From Bugula neritina (Eukaryota > Animalia > Bryozoa), in NCBI GenBank assembly GCA_964035545.1, contig OZ037766.1, positions 14,932,722 to 14,996,721 of the forward strand: a DNA stretch of 64,000 nucleotides, written 5' to 3'. The position numbers and the translations under genes were made by a program. Of the stretch, positions 1 to 12,023 are shown one piece after another. Below the pieces are notes generated by a model, which saw only the letters and a program-made list of their open reading frames with translations, was not told the DNA's origin and did not search any database. Position 1 is the first letter of the stretch. Every line of letters starts with the position of its first letter.

Positions 1-1040
1 TCAAGAATTAGCATGAGACATGTGCAAGCTACGATAAATAACAAACGGTTAGCACTGTTACCTAGTATAACATGAATGCTAAAGTGACAACGGCTGCATA
101 TAACTAAAGTTTATCAATAAGTTTCTTGTCAATTTGCTCAATGTTTAGAACTGTTTTATCTTTTATTTTATTGCAATTAAATACTCAAACATGTAGTTGC
201 TATATCTTCTTATATCATAGAAGATATAATGATTTATAATGTATAAACAATTATAACTTTGCCAATGTTTGCCAGATTTTAAATAAATTGACTGTATAAC
301 TAATGTATTCCAAACTAATTTCTTTTAACATTTTTTTCATTAGATTTATTTTGAAAAGTTAGATGCCTAACATAATTAGTGAAGTGGTCAGTTTGTGCCT
401 TTTGCATGCAAGCATAATTGTTATTTTATACATACTTATTATTACGTCAGCATCATTATACTGTATAGTGATGCTATTTTTGTGGTTAGCAAGCAAATAT
501 AGCCTATATTTGTTAAAACGGGCAGCTTACTTTGTAAATATTTTATAGTTGAACTAACTTTATAGTTTGTTCAAAAAGTGCAAACAATTAATAAAATGAA
601 TTCATTTTTGATGGACACTTCATTTGCAGCACTATAAAGCTTTTGGTGTAACACAGCAATTAATCCAATGGTACTCAGCTGTAGGTAAATAACATCTAAA
701 ATGAGGCTAAAACAATATATATGCTAATTTTCCTTTTGAATTCAATATAATCATGTTTAATATAATTGAAAACTTTTGGTGATCGGTGGCTAAAGAAAAC
801 CTGATTGATCAAATGCCATTCTTAATGAATTAGACAAATACAAAAATCTGTACTGAATTGCTCACGTGTGTATAACAAAACATCAATCGCTGACAATGAA
901 ATGAGAAAATGTTTAATGCCATTAGGCAACAATTCGTATTTTCTAATTCACAAACTCAATTGTTTCAGTACAAAGAGCTGCCGAGAAATTATATATTTTT
1001 ATGTAACAGTAATGATGTCTGACCTCCTTGCTCAATTTTG

Positions 1041-1170
1041 ATTGGTTCTGACTAACATCAATAGACTGAATAAATGTAACTATAGCCTATACTTCCACTG
1101 CACCTTGCCACTTCATTGTGAAACTACCAGACTCATAATGGGAAAATTATCCAGCTAACCACAAGTTACA
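1041..1170 (+). promoter_or_regulatory. Candidate promoter / non-coding first exon of the 1485 gene
   Basis: Inverted CCAAT box (ATTGG) at 1041-1045, followed by a strong donor gtgagt at 1171 that can pair with the acceptor at 1460-1461. Confidence 0.35.
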
Positions 1171-1484
1171 GTGAGTACGCATGCAGGATTAGTTTCAAAA
1201 TTACTCCTAATTTTTATTTTATAACAAAACTTATCACAAACCAGTTGATTCACCTGATATATTATAGTGCTACATGATTTTTTAAAAAAAAGGGTATATA
1301 TATTTTTGTTTGAAGAGTATCTAGTGCCTTACATTTACATGTTTTACAAGCAATGTTTTGGAATGACAAAACTAATCATGTAATTTGGATAACTTACTCT
1401 TATGAAGTTGCTTTGTGCAATGTACACAGAAGTTGAAGTAAGTTATATTATGTTATTTCAGACATAGGAATGTAAGTATCAGTC

Positions 1485-2417
1485 ATGTTTACGATAGCCA
1501 ACCAGACTGGCGTAACTCTGCCTCAGCTGTTTGCTCCTAAGGCTGAGCCTGCTGACACAGATGGCATTTCTCTTGCTGGATCCAAAACACAACAAGTACA
1601 AACTTTCAACAGCAACCGCAATGTTACATTACCTCACATATCTCAAAGGTCTAACAGGCCAGCACCAAAGATGGTTCACCAAGTGGCTGTAAACACCGAC
1701 CAGTCATCTATGTTAGAAGCTTTAGAGATCTACAAAAAGTCTCGTTTGACACATAGTCCTGATATAAAAGAAGTTCGATCTACAATATTCCAAACTGTTC
1801 CTTGCCCTACTCCAATCGAAGAGTGTCAAACAATCACACCTCCTCCAAATCCAATGCAAATAAATGTACAAAGGTACATTGGTCCGAAAAAGATTGTGCG
1901 AAAAAGCAGTGTAGAGAAAATTCTAAATGTTGTACAGCAGCCAACATTCAGCAAGCAACTTCCGGTCTCCACCACTCTTCAACGACGTCTGGAAAAGCTA
2001 GCAAAGCATAAGTCTATAACAACCAAGAAACAGCAGCAATCTGTAAAACTATCAATTCGAGCAGACGTTGACCCTAAAATGTCTGTAAAGAATGGAAATA
2101 TTTCTCTACCAGTACTGAAAGGAGAACGAACAACGAATCATATGCACTACAGCTTCAAGTCAACTCTGCTACCAAAGATTAAAGACAACCCACGAAAGGC
2201 AGCTTTATCGTATCAGTTGCTAGAAATTCCTGTAAGAGTTACAAAACCAGAGAGACGTCGGATTATGTTTACTCATACTCACTATGACGCATATCAACAC
2301 ACCAAGTTTGACCCTCCAATCAGCAAGAAGCTGTCCATAGTTGGAGGACCAGAGTCTAAGCTGGACACTAGTGTCTGGGACTATAACAAGTTTTTATACT
2401 TGAATGTGAAAATATAG
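1485..2417 (+). CDS. Uncharacterised basic, low-complexity 310-aa protein (single coding exon)
   Basis: 933-nt ORF in AT-rich DNA where random ORFs are short. In-frame TAA just upstream of the ATG. Acceptor tgttatttcag ends at 1461 and donor ACA|gtgagt is at 1171, implying a 5'-UTR intron. No family recognised. Confidence 0.75.
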   Translation: MFTIANQTGVTLPQLFAPKAEPADTDGISLAGSKTQQVQTFNSNRNVTLPHISQRSNRPAPKMVHQVAVNTDQSSMLEALEIYKKSRLTHSPDIKEVRSTIFQTVPCPTPIEECQTITPPPNPMQINVQRYIGPKKIVRKSSVEKILNVVQQPTFSKQLPVSTTLQRRLEKLAKHKSITTKKQQQSVKLSIRADVDPKMSVKNGNISLPVLKGERTTNHMHYSFKSTLLPKIKDNPRKAALSYQLLEIPVRVTKPERRRIMFTHTHYDAYQHTKFDPPISKKLSIVGGPESKLDTSVWDYNKFLYLNVKI

Positions 2418-3914
2418 CTTCATCTTTATAGCCATGAGCTAACAACGGGTTTATCATGTTCCTCTTCCTCGATGTATTTCAGTGAGCATGAAGCATTCTG
2501 TTGCCATTTGTGTTATTATGGTCTATATTATTAGATTCATGATCAGATTCTATATAGTCCCTATGTCAACAACAGATAATATGTTTATATTTTTTTACAG
2601 TTTAGTCAAATATTCAAGCTTCTGCAGGTCATAATACCAAATCTAATTTACCTGTATTATAGTCACAAAATATAGAAAATTATACGAGCATATGATTTCA
2701 GAAAGCTGGTTGAACTCTACGTTTTGCACACTGGTTGGATATTGCATACAGAATAATATAAAAAGAGCAGTGTTTTATGTTTCCATGTTTCATATAATGG
2801 GTGTCAAGTTCTTATACACTAAGGCTGCTGTTTAAAAGGGAATATAATGTTAGTATACTAAATACTGAGTATTTGTTACTGTATAGAGTGTATGATACTT
2901 GAAACAACAGTCTATGAAATGCCAATTTAAAGTGAGTAACCCAATACTGATAACACTTTCTTCACTAATATCTTAAATACAATATTTATAATTATTGAAC
3001 TATGAAAGCCTATACAAATAGCAGTGCCATTATTACTCTATTCACAGCTCAATACAGCACATTATCAAGAGAGAGACTATAGTAGTTCAAACAGACGAAC
3101 AAAAAACTTATATGTTTTACAATTTAAATATATTATATGACTATAGAAACTATAATCACATTATATTCTAAATAATTGCTTTCCATATGCAGGTTTTTGT
3201 CTGCAACTATTAGTGAACCGGATGTTATTTCACACAAAGCTCATTTGTGTGGCCGACATGTGTTTTAACAGCAAAAACATAAAGTATAATCTCTATAAAT
3301 CTTCAACATACAGAATGTATTGCATAAGCAAGTATTGCTATTCTAAATTATTTTATTACAATTATTGTTGATTGATGATTACATAAAACATCTTAAAACA
3401 GCAGACAGGATTTGAGAGAACTGCATCAACAGGATAATACCATACTAGATGCACTATGACTAAAACTATTTGCTAGTCCAAGTTTGAAAAGAGTCAAGAC
3501 TACATTACATGAGCAACACTCTGCAGATGGTGAAGCAGTTGATGAGTCTATAGTTTGCCTAATTTGAATACCAAATAGAAGACAAACAGTTTCAAGGTTT
3601 ACATAATCATATAATCAGATTTAAAATGATAAGTATGAAATAGTATATAAAGCAGAATGTACAGAACAAATGTTACACTGTACACACACAGGCACAATAT
3701 TCATGCTGTACAGACTTATGATCATTACCAAAAAGATTAATTGATAATAAAGATAATGAAATTTCATTTTAAATATAATTTTATTAGGAGCATTCAAAAG
3801 CCAAATCAAATCTAAAGTTTTTTCTATAGAATAAGAAACAATATTATATCTTGTATAGATATAAGACTTGTAACTGATAGTGTAGCAAACTGACATTTAT
3901 TTGTGGTTTATTAT

Positions 3915-5697
3915 TTATTCTCCAATAACTGGAGGGTCTTTAGACACAAACTTAGTGTGTTTGCCCTGAGCAATGAGTTTTCCTTTGGAATCTGTGACAT
4001 CAACAGTAAGGAAGGACAAGTTTTTACCAATTTTTGAAGCTTTTGCATCTATCGTAATTTCTTCACCTAATGGAGCGCCTCTTAAATATCTACATCATAT
4101 AGGTAACTGATGAAATGAGAGCAACAGCAGTGGTTCAGAGTTGCACTAATCAACATTAGTCATCTACAAAATGCAAAGCCAGCTAATTTTTGCTTTGATA
4201 GATTAAAATTGAACCATTTGCATAGTCAAATACACACACCTTTGGTGTGTTTGTTTCTAATTAGTATAAAATATGCAGCAACCTTCTGTACAAATACCTT
4301 GATTTATAAGAAATAGTTTATGTAGTATAAATTATTTAATGCTAAAACCTATAGAACGGAAATGCGAATTATATTTAAAATATATTGAAGATTAGAGACA
4401 GGCTAAATTACAGAGACTTCCACAATGAAAAGAATAAATATAGACAAGATTCTATATAGCTATCTATGCCAGAACTTACGAGACGGAGAGGTCTACACTT
4501 ACACCAGGAAGATATGGTTCGGTGCAGACTAAGGCCATTGTAGATACACTGTCAACAAGGGTGGCAGTCATACCGCCGTGTAAAGTCTTCATTTTGTTCA
4601 CATGGTGCTCCTCTACAACCATCTTACACTTGCATGTACCTTCACCTGCTGATATCAGTTCAGCCTAAAATATGAGAAGATTAGAGATGGCTAATTAAAT
4701 GTAACAACAAAGTGTATTTAGAGATTCTCAAACACTCCAATTTAAATTTTCACAAATTACGTGAACTGTACGTTTTGGTAAAACATTTATTTTTCCTTCT
4801 GAAAGGTGTTTGTCATGAAGAACTGATGAGAGGACAAATCCCAAAACAGTTATAATTGTATGCAGTTGATATACTATTACTTAGAGCTCTGTCGAAATTC
4901 AATACTTCTACTATTCATTCAAACGTTGACATAGACTTATTAAAAATTGTCAAGTTGTTGCAAACACTAAAACAAATAATTACACAAATAAGAACCAGTC
5001 CATGCTGTTAATATAAAAAATCTACTCCTTACACTATTATTGTGCCAGCATTTTTGTTATGGTTTGTTAAAAATATATCAGTAACGCTTTGATGCTTATA
5101 TAACACCATGAAAATGTTATAAATATTATAAAATATTTTACTGAACAAGTCATAGTTGACACCCAAGTCAACCAAAAGTATGCTGAAACAACATTCATAG
5201 CATTTAACTACTTTAAATTGAAATATTTTCTATTCGTATACATAAATACAATAATAAAAAATACAAAACTCAGTGATGTAGTCACAACTAAAACAAGCTG
5301 ACTTGGTTTGAATAGTGCTTAGCAAAAGCCGTTGAATAAATAAACTTTCAAAATTAAATTATATGGTTCGAAATATGAATATTTTCAATTTTAGAAGCTT
5401 GCATCAAATGAATCAAAACTTTCAAGTTTATAAACTGAACAGGTCAAGTCACACCAGCTATTTAAGTCAATTAACTGAGTCATAGAATCTTAAGTGTTGA
5501 GGTGAATTATACACATCTTTGGGAGTGAGGTAATGTACATTTATAATATATATTACTATCTAAAAGATTCTTGCTACGCTAACTGAACTTTTCAAATTTT
5601 TCAAAACCGAGCTTACATTTTTGAATACTGAATCAAACCCTTTTCCTCTTTTCAAGAACTCCCAAGCTTGTCTAATATTCTTGGATACTTGTGCCAT
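3915..5697 (-). CDS. ACOT13: Acyl-CoA thioesterase 13 (THEM2, PaaI/hotdog fold), 146 aa
   Basis: Exons 5697-5617 (MAQVSK...GFDSVFKN), 4664-4480 (...NKMKTLHGGMTATLVDSVST...PGVSVDLSVS) and 4089-3915 (YLRGAPLGEEITIDAKASKIGKNLSFLTVDV...IAQGKHTKFV...*). All introns are GT-AG with matching phases (0, 2). The HGG...LVD, GVSVD and G.HTK motifs are diagnostic. Not present in the supplied ORF track. Confidence 0.95.
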
Positions 5698-6243
5698 TAT
5701 CTGTTGAACTACAACTAAATTGTATGAGAATGTGTTTATACATTGGAATTATGGAATAGAATGTAAAACAAACTTCACTCAGAATCACACTTCAGCCTAG
5801 AAACACAAAATATAATAACTCTGAAATTTGACATCTTATTGTTATATACAAAAAATTGCAAACAGTAGCTTTTTCAATTGAAGTATTTCATTTTATTTAT
5901 TTATTATATGATAAAAATTTATGAAACATATTTCTATTGCAAGACAATCCTCTCGCCTGTGGTGAAAGTCAAAGAAAAGCAATCAAATTGATTAACTCTA
6001 TCAGCAGAAAATTATTAACTTATTATTTTAAGCAAAAAATCATCATAAAACTTGAATTATGGCAGTGAAATATAAATATCATGTAACCATGTCTATTCCA
6101 AACGCTGATTAACATTTATAATAATTGCACATGTGAACCTTAAATAAATAGTAATATGGCTAGAAGTTTAAAGAATATAACAACGAATTACCTGTATGGA
6201 TAAGTATTTTAAAATATAGAAACACATTTTAAATAGCATGTTT

Positions 6244-6425
6244 AATGTGTACTGTGCAGTGCACATTGTACATGGTGTACCACACAATATGCACTGTGAA
6301 ATGCATACTGTGCAATGTTTACTGTGCAATATGTGTTGTGCATTGTGTATTTCGCAGTGTGTACTGTGCAGTGTGTACTGTGCAGGGTGTACTGTGCAGT
6401 GTGTACTGTGCAGTGTGCGCTGCAA
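6244..6425. repeat. Degenerate 14-bp minisatellite (GTGTACTGTGCAGT)n
   Basis: Tandem units are visible directly and become more regular toward 6356-6420. Confidence 0.85.
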
Positions 6426-6934
6426 CTAAATTTCCCACACATAATCTTAGTTTGAGTTAACTGCTGCTATACTAATACTATCTACTACCATTTCAGTTTA
6501 AAGAATGTTTTTGCATGACTTTGGCATAGCGCATCAAATGTAGCTTGTCAAATATTATTGAGCAACAACTCTAGCGTATGTTTATAGGTATACTACATTG
6601 CCAATAATAAAATCTGATATCTTAGGCCGTATAATTTACTCAATATTGATAAAGTTGGCTACTTTTTGTAGACTAGTATTAAAAGCTTGTCGGCAAGTGA
6701 CATTGGAGAAAATCAGTGGACAGTAGTTATCAAGAGAAAATCAAATATACGGCATGAGGGTATAAGTCAGTCTGGAGTAAGTGGACACAAAAGGCAAAGC
6801 CAATAAATAATAACGTTTATCAGTATCATTCTGATAGCTAAGAATAATAATTAAAATCATTTACATAACAGTTTTATATATTACGGTTTATTCATCAACA
6901 TTATTTATTTCATATACCTACTGATCCTCTAACT

Positions 6935-7255
6935 CAGGGCTGTCCAACAGGTGGCCCCAGCCTATATTTATGTGGCCCTTAAAAGCATAAAGCTAAAATT
7001 AGGCTTCACACATATACATAAATTAGAGTGAAAAACCACCTTTTAAATGTCTTATCTCTACACATGCTACAAAACATGCAGCCTGTAGTAAAAATTGGGA
7101 CTTAATTGCATAATGTTTCATGAGAATTTGGAATAAAATGATTTGAAAAATACTGATGCTGTGGGCTCCAGCTAAAACTAAAGTTTACAATGTGGCCCTC
7201 GTCATGGAATATTCCCTTTCAGTGGCCCGCGGTCTTAAAAGGTTACACACCCCAG
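6935..7255 (+). mobile_element. hAT (Charlie/Buster-like) MITE, copy 1
   Basis: Starts CAGGGCTGTCCAAC and ends GGTTACACACCCCAG, with subterminal GTGGCCC repeats. Exact 8-bp target site duplication CTCTAACT at 6927-6934 and 7256-7263. Homologous copy at 34794-35137. Confidence 0.9.
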
Positions 7256-7795
7256 CTCTAACTCTTATACTTACAAATTACAAACTATTAGTATTAAAGT
7301 TAAACTGCAAAATCGAGCAGCATAACTATTACTATAAGCATGATTATAATATTACTCAAATAAAAGAGTATAGTAATACATAATATTAATATAGTATAAA
7401 AACACATAATATTATTATACTTAAATAGTGACCTAGCAGTAACTTGCACATTTGGCTCAAGTAAAAGTTGTTATCAACAATAATTAATTCATTAGAAAAT
7501 TTATAATTACATAATATAATATCTATTAGTAATACTAATACTTATAGTTATACCAATAGTATTACTGTAATACTAATAGTATTAGCATTACTATTAGTAT
7601 TACCATTAGTAATAGTATTACTGTAATATTATTATTAATGGTAATACCAATAGTAATGCTATTACTATTAGTATGACTAGTTACTATTACTAGTATAGTA
7701 CTAGCATTAGTAGTACTACTACTAGAAGTATAAGTTTTCAAGTATAATTCAAAGTATAGCTATTAGTGTTATAATATTTATTAGTAATAATATTA

Positions 7796-8399
<604 letters not shown>

Positions 8400-9442
8400 T
8401 AGTATAAGTATTACATTTAGTTTTACTGTAAGATAAGTCAAGCGCATTACTATAACTATTACCGTATTACATTTTGAGTTAGTTTTACTATTGTCTACGA
8501 ATCCTCTACTACTACATGACTAATAAGACTAATAGTAAGATTAAGTGTACTACATTTAGTTTTACTATTCATACTGATATTGGTTTTGCCTATGAGTCTT
8601 TTATTCCTAATAGTACCACTACCACTAGCACTAGTATTAGTATTACTACTAGTCTTATAACTGGTACTACGACCGGTACTACTATTAGCAGTATTAGTAC
8701 TACTACCAGTACTACTACTGGTAGTAGTACTACTACCGGTAGTAGTACCTGTACTATTACCTGTAGTAGTAGTAGCAGCAGTACCAGCAGCAGTAGTAGC
8801 AGCAGTAGTATTAGAAGTACCACTTCCAGTACTAGTAAAGTAGTACTAGGTCTAATCTACTCATACTGGTACTCATTCTATCATACTGATACTGTCAGTG
8901 TTTAGTGAGTACCTGTACAGGACCAGGTACTACTAGTATAACTATAAGTATAAGTAATATAAGTATAACATTATGATAATCATAATTAGTATTAACTATA
9001 ATATTAACTAATACTTATACTATAAGTATAACTAGAATAAACTACCAGTACCGGTACCAGTACTAGTAGTAGTAGCCGTAGTACTACTACTACTACTAGT
9101 AGTAGTGTAGTAGTACTAGTAGTACCGATAATATTAGTCATTACTATTAGTATTACTATTAGACTTACTCTTAGTGTCACTACTACTAGTCTAGCAAGAT
9201 TATATGCAAAACAATTACCAATTACATAATACATAAAATATAAATTATTATATCTATTATGGTATTTGTAATAATTGACTAACAACTATAGTTTTATGTT
9301 GATGATCTTAACAAGATTATTATTATTAATAATATTGTTGCAAAAGTTGGCCTTGCTCTTAGTATAGTAAACCGATGGCTTATAAAAACAATATTGAACA
9401 AATTTAACCAACCTCTAAGGCTAAGCTGCAACATCGCTAAGA

Positions 9443-9636
9443 TTACTTTGCTGAAATCATTTTATAAGCAGCTTCAAGTTGGGGGTGACTGAGTGCAATA
9501 GTGTGAAATTCTCTGGTTTTAAGGTTATCGGTTATAAGTTCGAACATAAACCCCAACTCCAAACTCGAGAATCTCAAATTGCTGCACTCAGTCACTCCCA
9601 ACTTTGTGCTGCTTCTAATGATGTTCAACAAGTTAA
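9443..9636. repeat. ~190-nt imperfect palindrome (probable fold-back MITE remnant)
   Basis: Centre GTTC|GAAC at 9538-9545. Arms 9476-9497 and 9583-9604 match 21/22 as reverse complements, and similarity extends out to about 9443/9636. Confidence 0.75.
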
Positions 9637-10960
9637 CCCGCGCTTTCATTTCACATGCTCCAGCCTGAGCCTCTCGGATGTAACTTCAACTTCAACCTAG
9701 GCTGTTTAGAAACTTAAGAGTTAGACTATTATTGTTACAGTTACTATAAATGTGACTGTGAGTGTATCACAGTATGAGCTTGAGTATCAGTATGAGTATG
9801 TTTATGAGATTGAGAAGAAGTGTTACAATTACGGATTACTAATAGTAATAGTAATACTAATACTTATACTAATAGTAATACTAATAGTTATAGTAATAGT
9901 ATAGACTTCGGATGATTCTCCGTTATCGCGATACTATAACTATTACTATTGTCTATTACTATTAGTATTACTATTAGTAATTGTAAATTATAATTAGTAT
10001 TACTTGAAGTTGATATGCTTAGGCTTAGCCTAACCAGTACCATTTAACCACTATTATTATGACAGTGAGTGTGACTATCAACTTCAAGTATTACTCTATT
10101 AGTATTAGTCTATAACTATTAGTATTACTGTATGACTATCACTATGACTATGGTCTGAGTATGACTATCAGTATCACTATGAGTATAACTATACTCTATA
10201 GACAGTATTAGTATACTATAAGTATAAGTATAGTCATAATTTAAATTATAATACATTTAGTTTTACAATGACTTTTTGCGTGCACACCGCACACGTGTAT
10301 TTGAAATTAACATCAACTGATAGTGATTAACTTTAAGTATTACTATTAGTAAACTCTTCTATCTAGCTAACAACTAACACGTTATAATTATTAATATTAA
10401 TTATTATACTTAGTCTTATGCTTTTACAACCATTATGATATTGATAATGATTATTAGTATTATTATTAGTATATTTATATTAATATTTGAATTAACTTTT
10501 GTATTACAATGCAAGTGCAAGGGCTTCATTCATGCTAACGAACTATAGCTTAAAGTTTAACCTTGTGTTATATTTAGTATATTGATATTCACTGAGCTCT
10601 ACACAACAATCTACACACAACATAACTTCAACAATTTAATCATTAATGATTAATTCCTATAAGTATAACTATAGGCATAGCTATAAGTGTTTGAAAGAGT
10701 ATAGTATGGTGAAAATAAAAATCCAATTCAGTTGCAAAATAATAAAGATAATATTATTCCAAACATCGATTTTGAATTCTTGATTAAATGATAACAAATT
10801 ATACACTATTCCCATATAATTATATAACATGGAGATTTTGGCCATTTTCCACTTTGAATATCATGCCTCTCACTCAATGAAATTTAGCCGTAGGTATACC
10901 GATACTTCTACTTATACTTACTCATACTCATACTATAATTTGTAGTTATACTAAGTATAA

Positions 10961-11377
10961 AGTTGCGTTTCTACCTCTGCTGAAAAAAGTACCGAGTTTC
11001 AGTAAACAACACTCGTCCGAGTACCCCTTATAGTCCAACTGAAAATCGTTGAAATCATAATGATGCGAAAGCTTACTTTCTAAAAGTGAAATCTGACTCG
11101 CCTAATCGCTAGTTGATGCCCTTTGAAAATTGAGAAGGCGTAGGCGATATAATTATTAACATTTAGGTACGTCATCTAATCGCCAAAGTCATAATTAAAT
11201 AACAATGTTTACAAAGAGTTATTATTCCTTTTGATTATTAATCTGAACTTGGCCGAGTAAGTTGTTACAGTACAAAAGTTTTTACGAGTAGCTTTTACAA
11301 TGCAATGCAACTTGGAAAAATTTCAACTCTGCCAATTTGAATTTCTGAATGAAAATCGTGAAGGTATAAACGCAAAT
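10961..11377. mobile_element. PIF/Harbinger-like MITE
   Basis: TIRs AGTTGCGTTTCTACCT and AGGTATAAACGCAAAT match 14/16. TAA flanks both sides (10958-10960, 11378-11380), the target duplication typical of PIF/Harbinger. Confidence 0.55.
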
Positions 11378-11473
11378 TAATAGTAGTACTACTACTAATA
11401 TAATGCTCGTACTCAATCTCATAGTCACACTAAGTATATACTAGTTAATAGTTATACTCTATAATACTAATAG

Positions 11474-11474
<1 letters not shown>

Positions 11475-11547
<73 letters not shown>
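11475..11547. repeat. (TA)n microsatellite
   Basis: TA run with one interruption. Confidence 0.95.
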
Positions 11548-11550
<3 letters not shown>

Positions 11551-11818
11551 TAATGCATAGTAATATCTATAATATTACTGTAGATTTATAAGTTTTAGAC
11601 TATAGTTTTAGCACTAGTACTACTACTAGTAGCAGTACTAGTAGTACTAGTACAAGTGTAACAGACTTAGTGATGATGAGAGTGCTATCAGTAGTTACCT
11701 AGGGCATCATTATTATAATATCCATATGATTACCATAAACCTATGAACTTGAGTATCAAAATAATATTAATTATAATTAATATTTCTTTTAGTTTTCCTA
11801 TTGACTTGCATTATTTAC

Positions 11819-12023
11819 AACCCACGGGGGTTTATAGTGGCTATCCCTTTTAAAAACCGTAATGGAAAGGTTTTTTGGCGGGCTAAAAAGTAAGGACTTG
11901 TTTTCTGCTGTGGCAAAAGAGAAATTATGACTGGATGCCCTTCCCAACATCACCAATGGCCTTTACTGGAATTTGAACTAGATACCTTACGTTTACTAAG
12001 CCAGTGCAAATATCAACTTACTA
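11819..12023 (-). mobile_element. tRNA-derived SINE, copy 1
   Basis: Minus strand reads a decayed tRNA-like head (TAGTAAGTTGA...AGTTCAAATTCC B-box) then GGCCATTGGTGATGTTGGGAAGGGCATCCAGTC...CTATAAACCCCCGTGGGTT. Aligns over about 160 nt with 54167-54329. Confidence 0.75.

Noticed and set aside
6168-6460. Cys-rich, metallothionein-like ORFs
   Set aside because: They arise from the 14-bp minisatellite in several frames on both strands.
8516-9285. Thr/Ser-rich mucin-like and Leu/Val-rich membrane-like ORFs
   Set aside because: By-products of ACT/AGT low-complexity DNA, open on both strands and without supporting splice structure.
11960-12023. Possible tRNA gene
   Set aside because: The A/B boxes are decayed, there is no complete cloverleaf, and the sequence is contiguous with a SINE body found elsewhere in the window.
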